A stretch of DNA of 64,000 nucleotides from Promethearchaeota archaeon. GTDB taxonomy: Archaea; Asgardarchaeota; Lokiarchaeia; Sigyniarchaeales; SOKP01. A program made the position numbers and the translations under genes. The DNA lies in NCBI GenBank assembly GCA_016839705.1, contig JAEOTR010000035.1, positions 1 through 64,000 of the forward strand, in the 5' to 3' direction. A model generated the notes under the pieces. That model did no database searches. It was given only the letters and a program-made list of their open reading frames with translations, and was not told the DNA's origin. Positions 58,434 to 64,000 of this stretch are shown piece by piece; the first letter of the stretch is position 1; every line of letters starts with the position of its first letter.

Positions 58434-58528
58434 CAATCAAAAAATAAAAATCAAAATAAAAAATCAAAATAAAAATCAAAACAAAAAATCAAAAAAAACA
58501 TAAAATTAATCAAAATTAAAAAAAAAAA
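58434..58528 (+). repeat. G-free A-rich array of AATCAAAA units in the dnaK leader
   Basis: About 6 AATCAAAA units, mostly 12-14 nt apart; 95 nt without a G. Confidence 0.8.
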
Positions 58529-58540
58529 GAGGGAAAAAAT

Positions 58541-60448
58541 ATGGCAAAAATTATAGGAATAGACTTAGGGACTTCAAATTCAGCGGCAGCGGTATTAGTT
58601 GGTGGTAAGCCGACGATAATTCCGAGTGCTGAGGGATTAACGTTAGGAGGCAAGGCATTTCCATCGGTAGTGGCATTTACGAAGGATGGTCAGCGGTTAG
58701 TTGGCGAGCCAGCGCGAAGGCAGGCGATTTCAAATCCAGATCGAACGATCACAGCGATTAAGCGTAAGATGGGGACGTCTTATAAGGTGACGATTGACGG
58801 GAAGGATTATTCACCGCAGGAGATTTCGGCTATGATTTTGAGGAAAATCAAGGAAGACGCGAGTGCGTATTTAGGCGAAGAGGTTACAGATGTAATTATT
58901 ACAGTTCCAGCATACTTTAATGATAATCAGAGGCAAGCTACTAAGGATGCGGGTAAGATCGCGGGGTTAAATGTGAAGCGTTTAATTAACGAGCCGACGG
59001 CTGCAGCGGTGGCATATGGATTGGACAAGAAGAACGTAACTTTAAAAATTGCGGTGTTAGATCTTGGTGGTGGAACGTTCGACGTGACAATTATGGAACT
59101 TGATAATCAGGTATTTGAGGTAATCTCAACGGCGGGGGATACGCAATTAGGTGGTACAGATATGGATAAGTTATTGGTGGATTATATAGTATCGGAGTTT
59201 CAGAAGGATCAGGGAGTAAATTTACGTGGTGATTCAATGGCATTAGAACGAGTACGAGAAGCTGCGGAGAAGGCAAAAATCGAGTTATCAACATCAGTTA
59301 CGACAGATATTAACCTACCTTACGTAACAGCGACGAATGAAGGGCCAAAGCATCTTAACATGACACTTACAAGGGCAAAGCTGGAGCAAATAATTGATCC
59401 GGTTACGAAAAAATTAGATACATCAATTCTAAAGGCCTTAAGAGACGCGGGTATTGCGAGAGGAGACGTTGACAAAATTATCTTAGTAGGTGGTCCGACG
59501 AGGATGCCAGTGATTCAGAAGAAATTCGAGGATCTTTTAGGTCAGACTCCAGAGCGTAGTATCGATCCGATGGAGTGTGTTGCGATGGGTGCTTCAATAC
59601 AAGGAGGCGTGTTAACCGGCGAAGTTGAAGATTTACTATTACTTGATGTAACTCCATTATCCTTAGGAGTTGAGACATTAGGCGGGGTTTTCACTAAGCT
59701 AATTGAAAGGAATACGACAATACCAACACATAAGACCCAGATTTTCTCGACAGCAGCTGATAATCAACCTGCAGTAGAGATTCATGTATTACAAGGAGAG
59801 CGACCAAGGTCGGCAGATAACATTACTTTAGGCAAGTTTCATTTAACTGGTATTCCACCAGCGCCTAGAGGGGTACCACAGATAGAAGTGACATATGATA
59901 TCGATCAAAATGGTATTTTAAATGTTTCAGCGAAGGACATGGGTACTGGTAAGAGTCAGTCAATAACAATTACGGCATCAACAAAGATGGATGACAATGA
60001 GATCGAGCAGAAGATTCGTGAAGCTGAGAGGAATGCTGAGGAAGATAAGAAATTCAAAGATCTTACTGAAGCAAAAAATCATGGTGAGTCATTAATCTAT
60101 CAAACCGAGAAATTGTTAAATGAAAATGAAGCGGTAATTGGTGATTTAAAATCAAATATCCTTGATAAGATATCTGATTTGAGAAGCGCAATGGAATCTG
60201 ATGACGTACCAAGAATCAAGAGTGCGATGGAGACATTACAGAAATCTTTACATGAAGTTTCATCTCGAATGTATGGGCAGCAACAAGGGGCACAGCAAGG
60301 ATATCAAGGAGCTCCACCAGGAGGTATGGGAGATATGCCACCGGGTGGTAATTATGGACACGACGGCAGAACCAAAGATGAAGTTGAGCAAGATCAGTTC
60401 CGAAAGGCAACAGGCCAAGATGATGTAGTAGATGCTGAGTATGAGTAA
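58541..60448 (+). CDS. dnaK: molecular chaperone DnaK (Hsp70)
   Basis: [57 protein letters not shown]; lacks the Gram-negative insert. Confidence 0.99.
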   Translation: MAKIIGIDLGTSNSAAAVLVGGKPTIIPSAEGLTLGGKAFPSVVAFTKDGQRLVGEPARRQAISNPDRTITAIKRKMGTSYKVTIDGKDYSPQEISAMILRKIKEDASAYLGEEVTDVIITVPAYFNDNQRQATKDAGKIAGLNVKRLINEPTAAAVAYGLDKKNVTLKIAVLDLGGGTFDVTIMELDNQVFEVISTAGDTQLGGTDMDKLLVDYIVSEFQKDQGVNLRGDSMALERVREAAEKAKIELSTSVTTDINLPYVTATNEGPKHLNMTLTRAKLEQIIDPVTKKLDTSILKALRDAGIARGDVDKIILVGGPTRMPVIQKKFEDLLGQTPERSIDPMECVAMGASIQGGVLTGEVEDLLLLDVTPLSLGVETLGGVFTKLIERNTTIPTHKTQIFSTAADNQPAVEIHVLQGERPRSADNITLGKFHLTGIPPAPRGVPQIEVTYDIDQNGILNVSAKDMGTGKSQSITITASTKMDDNEIEQKIREAERNAEEDKKFKDLTEAKNHGESLIYQTEKLLNENEAVIGDLKSNILDKISDLRSAMESDDVPRIKSAMETLQKSLHEVSSRMYGQQQGAQQGYQGAPPGGMGDMPPGGNYGHDGRTKDEVEQDQFRKATGQDDVVDAEYE

Positions 60449-60517
60449 TTCAGTTTTTTTTATTTTTTTTTATAATATTTTTTTTAAAAATTACGATAAT
60501 AGTGTTAAGTAAGGGGT

Positions 60518-61552
60518 ATGATCATGGCAAAGGATTATTATAAATTATTAGGAATCTCAAAGGGTGCATCAAAGGAAGAAATTAAACGAGCCTTCCGTAA
60601 GATGGCGCGAAAATATCATCCAGATGTCAATCCAGACGAGCCTAAATCGGGGGAAAAGTTTAAAGAAATTAATGAAGCGTATAGTATTTTAAATGATGAT
60701 AAAAAAAGGGAGATGTATGATAAGTTTGGAGTTGTAGAAGGAGATCCATCAACCTATCAACGGCATGGTGGTTCACCTGGAGATTTTGGACGTTCTAGAG
60801 GAGGAAGAGGTTACACAAGTCCGGATGGTACAACGTATTATTATTCTACATCTGGTTCACCGGGTGGATTTGACTTTAATGAGATATTTGGTAATAACAG
60901 AAGTTCAAGATCTAATTCTGGGGGATCTGACTTTTTTAATGATTTAGGAGACATATTTGATGTATTCAATAGGAGAGGAGGAGGCAGTTCAAGGGCTAGA
61001 TCACCCTATTCTCAAGATTTTCCAAGAGAGGGAGAAGATTTACGTTATGATATGGAAATTGATTTTATGGATGCCTTTATGGGAGGAAAGAAAAAAGTTC
61101 AGTATAAAGATCCCGCGACGGGACAAGTAAATAATATTAGTGTAAATATTCCAAGAGGAATAAAAGAAGACCAGAAATTGCGTTTGAAAGGGAAAGGGAT
61201 GCCCGGAGAGAATGGAGGGGGCCCTGGTGATTTATATATCGCAATCCATATTAAAAGACATCCAAAATTTGAAAGAAGGGATGATGATATTTACATTGAA
61301 TTAGACGTTCCCTTTACAACAGCAGCACTTGGCGGAAAAGTTCAAGTAGAAGGAATTGAAAAAACTTTAAATGTATCAATTCCGGCAGGAACAAATGATT
61401 CATCTCTATTAAGGTTAAAAAATCAAGGATTTTATAAGATTAATTCAGAACAGAGAGGTAATCTGTTAGTTAAAATAAAAATTAGTGTTCCTAAAAAATT
61501 GAATAAGGACCAAAAAGTATTGTTAGAAAAATTAAAAGCAGTAGGTGTGTAA
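60518..61552 (+). CDS. dnaJ: J-domain protein, class B (no zinc finger)
   Basis: DYY..LG, HPD, G/F-rich linker, GEDLRY directly followed by the CTD; no CxxCxGxG repeats. Confidence 0.9.
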   Translation: MIMAKDYYKLLGISKGASKEEIKRAFRKMARKYHPDVNPDEPKSGEKFKEINEAYSILNDDKKREMYDKFGVVEGDPSTYQRHGGSPGDFGRSRGGRGYTSPDGTTYYYSTSGSPGGFDFNEIFGNNRSSRSNSGGSDFFNDLGDIFDVFNRRGGGSSRARSPYSQDFPREGEDLRYDMEIDFMDAFMGGKKKVQYKDPATGQVNNISVNIPRGIKEDQKLRLKGKGMPGENGGGPGDLYIAIHIKRHPKFERRDDDIYIELDVPFTTAALGGKVQVEGIEKTLNVSIPAGTNDSSLLRLKNQGFYKINSEQRGNLLVKIKISVPKKLNKDQKVLLEKLKAVGV

Positions 61553-61585
61553 AAAGGATGATAATTAAGGAGGTAAGAATATAGA

Positions 61586-62467
61586 ATGATGAAATCAAAA
61601 GGTAAAATATCAAATCTATGCCCCGAATGTGGGGGTTCAATTATGTTACTAGCAGAAAAAGGGGAGGACGTCTGCAGTCAATGTGGATTAATTATAAATG
61701 AACGACAAGTAGATTATTCACATAGTGGGAAAAGAGCTTATACTAACCAAGAACGGAATAATCGTGAGCAAACAGGTGCTCCAATTTCAATTTTACTACC
61801 CGATATGGGTTTAAGTACGGTAATTGATAAACAAAAAATAAATAATCCCGATTTAAAAAGAGCAGCAAAGTGGAATACTCGAATTACATGGCAAAAGCGA
61901 AACCTATTAATTGCTACTACGGAACTAAAAAGGATAGGAAGTAATTTAAACTTACCAAATCATGTTAAGGAAGAAGCTATGCGTCTTTATAAAGAGGCAT
62001 TTAAGAGAAAATTACTTCGAGGTAGATCTATTAATGCCATGGTGACAGCCAGTTTATACTTAGCCTGTAGAAAAAAGGGTATACCTAGAACACTTCAAGA
62101 GATTTTAGAAGAAGCATCAGTTTCACCAAAAGACGTAAGAAGAAGTGTAAGTATTTTAATGAAAGAATTTCAAATTAAAACTCAAACTACCGATCCTGTG
62201 GCACTTGTTCCAAGATACGTTACTGATTTGGGATTAGATTCAGAAATAATAACACTAACTAGCAAAATTTTATCAACTTATGTTTCTAATTTTCCTGTTA
62301 GCGGAATAGACCCAAAGGGATTATGTGCTGGGGCAATTTATATAGCCTGTAAACTTAGAAATATAGAGCTTACTCAATTACAAATTGCGAATTCAGTTGG
62401 AATTACTGAGGTTACACTTCGCTCGAGGTATAAAGAACTAAAGAAGAAACTAAAAATATCAATATAA
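61586..62467 (+). CDS. tfb: transcription initiation factor IIB (TFB)
   Basis: CPECG..CSQCG zinc ribbon; LRGRSI; GIDPKGLCAGAIYIA; GITEVTLRSRYKEL. Confidence 0.96.
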   Translation: MMKSKGKISNLCPECGGSIMLLAEKGEDVCSQCGLIINERQVDYSHSGKRAYTNQERNNREQTGAPISILLPDMGLSTVIDKQKINNPDLKRAAKWNTRITWQKRNLLIATTELKRIGSNLNLPNHVKEEAMRLYKEAFKRKLLRGRSINAMVTASLYLACRKKGIPRTLQEILEEASVSPKDVRRSVSILMKEFQIKTQTTDPVALVPRYVTDLGLDSEIITLTSKILSTYVSNFPVSGIDPKGLCAGAIYIACKLRNIELTQLQIANSVGITEVTLRSRYKELKKKLKISI

Positions 62468-62525
62468 TTTTTTTTTTGATCTTATCTTAAAAAATACAGA
62501 AATAAAAGAAAACAGAGGTAATTGA

Positions 62526-63278
62526 TTATCTATTACCGTATTTTTTATAGAGGAAAATACCGACAGCCACAATTACTATACTTATTATTATAATTAACAA
62601 TAAATCTAATAAAATATTAGAGCTCAAAATGGATGCGCCATTGAAAATTGATGTTAATGCATCTGTGACATAATAACTGGGTAAAAAGTAGGCAATCACT
62701 CGGGTAGTTGGAGTAATTGGAACAAAAGTTCCAAAGAACATTTGCGGTAGAATGAAGATAAATGATATCCCCGTTGCTGCTCCTGAGCTTTTAGCTATTG
62801 TGGCGGTAATTAATCCAAGTCCTACTGAACATATCGAGAGGAAGATGATGAAAACAAAAGCAAATATGAGCCCAAGAACAGTACCTTCTGGTGTGAAACC
62901 TAATAATACCGAACATATTACTACGATTATTACTTGGATGAGACCGATAATCGTGTTTGATATAAGATGGCTTCCTATAAATTCACTTGAGGATGTCGGG
63001 GTTGTATTTATTCTCTCTAGTAGTCCTTGTTCCCTGTCATCACTGAAAGATTGGGCTACAACCATGATAATGAATATACAAGCGTAAGCATATAAGCCAG
63101 GTGCCATGACTTCAAATTGACTCACTCCAGGTATACCACTTTCTATCTCTGCAAAAGCTAGTCCGAATACTAGTGTAAGTACAGCGGGGAATAATAACAT
63201 CAGAAATAGATAAGCAGGTTCCCGAATCACCTTTTTTAAATTAGTTTTAACTAACGCAAGAATCCTTTGTAAATTCAT
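62526..63278 (-). CDS. ABC-2 permease
   Basis: DREQGLLERINTTP; 6 TM; LPSYY..DAL. Confidence 0.9.
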   Translation of the reverse strand: MNLQRILALVKTNLKKVIREPAYLFLMLLFPAVLTLVFGLAFAEIESGIPGVSQFEVMAPGLYAYACIFIIMVVAQSFSDDREQGLLERINTTPTSSSEFIGSHLISNTIIGLIQVIIVVICSVLLGFTPEGTVLGLIFAFVFIIFLSICSVGLGLITATIAKSSGAATGISFIFILPQMFFGTFVPITPTTRVIAYFLPSYYVTDALTSIFNGASILSSNILLDLLLIIIISIVIVAVGIFLYKKYGNR

Positions 63279-64000
63279 TTATATCCCCTCCAAAATTCTT
63301 CTACCAGTAATTTTCATAAACACTTCCTCCAAATTTTTGGAATCATGCTTTTCCATCAACTCTTGAGGAGATCCTAAAGCTATTAACTCTCCATAATCAA
63401 TGATTGCGACGTTATCACTGAGGGCTTCTGCTTCCTCGATGTAATGGGTGGTGAGAATAACAGTCTTACCTTCTTCTTTCAGGGAACCGATGAAACTCCA
63501 GGTTGCTCTGCGTGCTCGAGGATCCATGCCCACGGTAGGTTCATCTAAGAATGCTATTTTTGGATTATTGATTATTGCGATTAACAGATTAATTTGACGA
63601 AGCATGCCACCACTATATCCTTTTGCCTTTCTTTTACTGGCTTCTGTAAAATTTACAGCTTCTAAAAGACTTTCAGTACGCTCTTTTAATTCCTTTTTAT
63701 TCATAGTATGAAGATTTCCGAATAATTCTATATTCTCTCGACCAGTAAGAAACTTAAATATCGCAGCTTGTTGAGGACACACACCGATTAGTTCTTTTAT
63801 TTTTCTAAGATTCTTTTTTACATCATAACCTCCAACAGTAGCAGTTCCACTAGTTGGATTTAATAATCCACTTAAGATTTTTATAGTCGTTGTTTTTCCT
63901 GCTCCATTTGGTCCCAAAAGACCAAAAATCTCTCCCTTCTTTACTTCAAAACTTAGGTCGTTAACAGCGGTAATATCATCAAACTTTTTTACGAGATTTT
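63279..64000 (-). CDS. ABC transporter ATP-binding protein (5' partial)
   Basis: Frame open to window edge: NLVKKFDDITAVNDLSFEVKKGEIFGLLGPNGAGKTT; YSGGM; FLDEPTVGMDP. Confidence 0.95.
   Translation of the reverse strand, partial: NLVKKFDDITAVNDLSFEVKKGEIFGLLGPNGAGKTTTIKILSGLLNPTSGTATVGGYDVKKNLRKIKELIGVCPQQAAIFKFLTGRENIELFGNLHTMNKKELKERTESLLEAVNFTEASKRKAKGYSGGMLRQINLLIAIINNPKIAFLDEPTVGMDPRARRATWSFIGSLKEEGKTVILTTHYIEEAEALSDNVAIIDYGELIALGSPQELMEKHDSKNLEEVFMKITGRRILEGI

Noticed and set aside
58434-58528. Repeat array considered as CRISPR
   Set aside because: Units are short low-complexity A-rich words without unique spacers; no cas genes.
928-63087. Many ORF-track entries overlapping real genes (e.g. 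928-1188, 1557-1796, 6834-7161, 16049-16342, 19114-19656, 27177-27461, 32470-32874, 41383-41715, 59091-60428, 62752-63087)
   Set aside because: Antisense or alternate-frame shadows of well-supported genes, with no motifs.
1-64000. Selenoproteins/SECIS, tRNA, rRNA and IS elements
   Set aside because: No in-frame TGA at a conserved Cys position, and no GC-rich structural RNA or transposase motifs were recognised by eye.

Overview
AT-rich (roughly 30% GC by eye) archaeal chromosomal DNA, most likely Asgard / Lokiarchaeia. The assignment rests on a TFB gene, a geranylgeranyl reductase family gene, a Loki-CTERM-like IPGY-TM-basic tail, an arrestin-like protein, many Fe-S and Zn-ribbon proteins, GGTGA/GGAGG RBSs and frequent TTG/GTG starts. 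I recognised no rRNA, tRNA, CRISPR array, transposase or integrase. Content, left to right: a beta-helix gene bracketed by a duplicated gene 3' end; a branched-chain polyamine synthase (BpsA)-AdoMet decarboxylase fusion; detox/redox genes; a divergent Fpg/Nei; an 8-gene CAAX-protease/ABC membrane operon plus a winged-helix regulator, with three operator palindromes; lipid and central metabolism genes (thiolase, pyk, threonine dehydratase, aminotransferase, SDR, GGR, FATP-type acyl-CoA synthetase); two frameshifted genes; a pseudogene-rich hypervariable stretch (about 50.4-57.4 kb); and a grpE-dnaK-dnaJ-tfb heat-shock operon with unusual G-ending codon use and A-rich leaders. Best candidates for something new: (1) a dispersed family of three micropeptides sharing LNPRY[FL]EE..EA[HY]x6K[AG]Y, one of them below the ORF-track cut-off and facing an AbrB/PhoU regulator; (2) the self-cleaving BpsA-SpeD fusion; (3) the TFB-containing, recoded heat-shock operon. 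All family assignments come from motif recognition by eye, not database searches.
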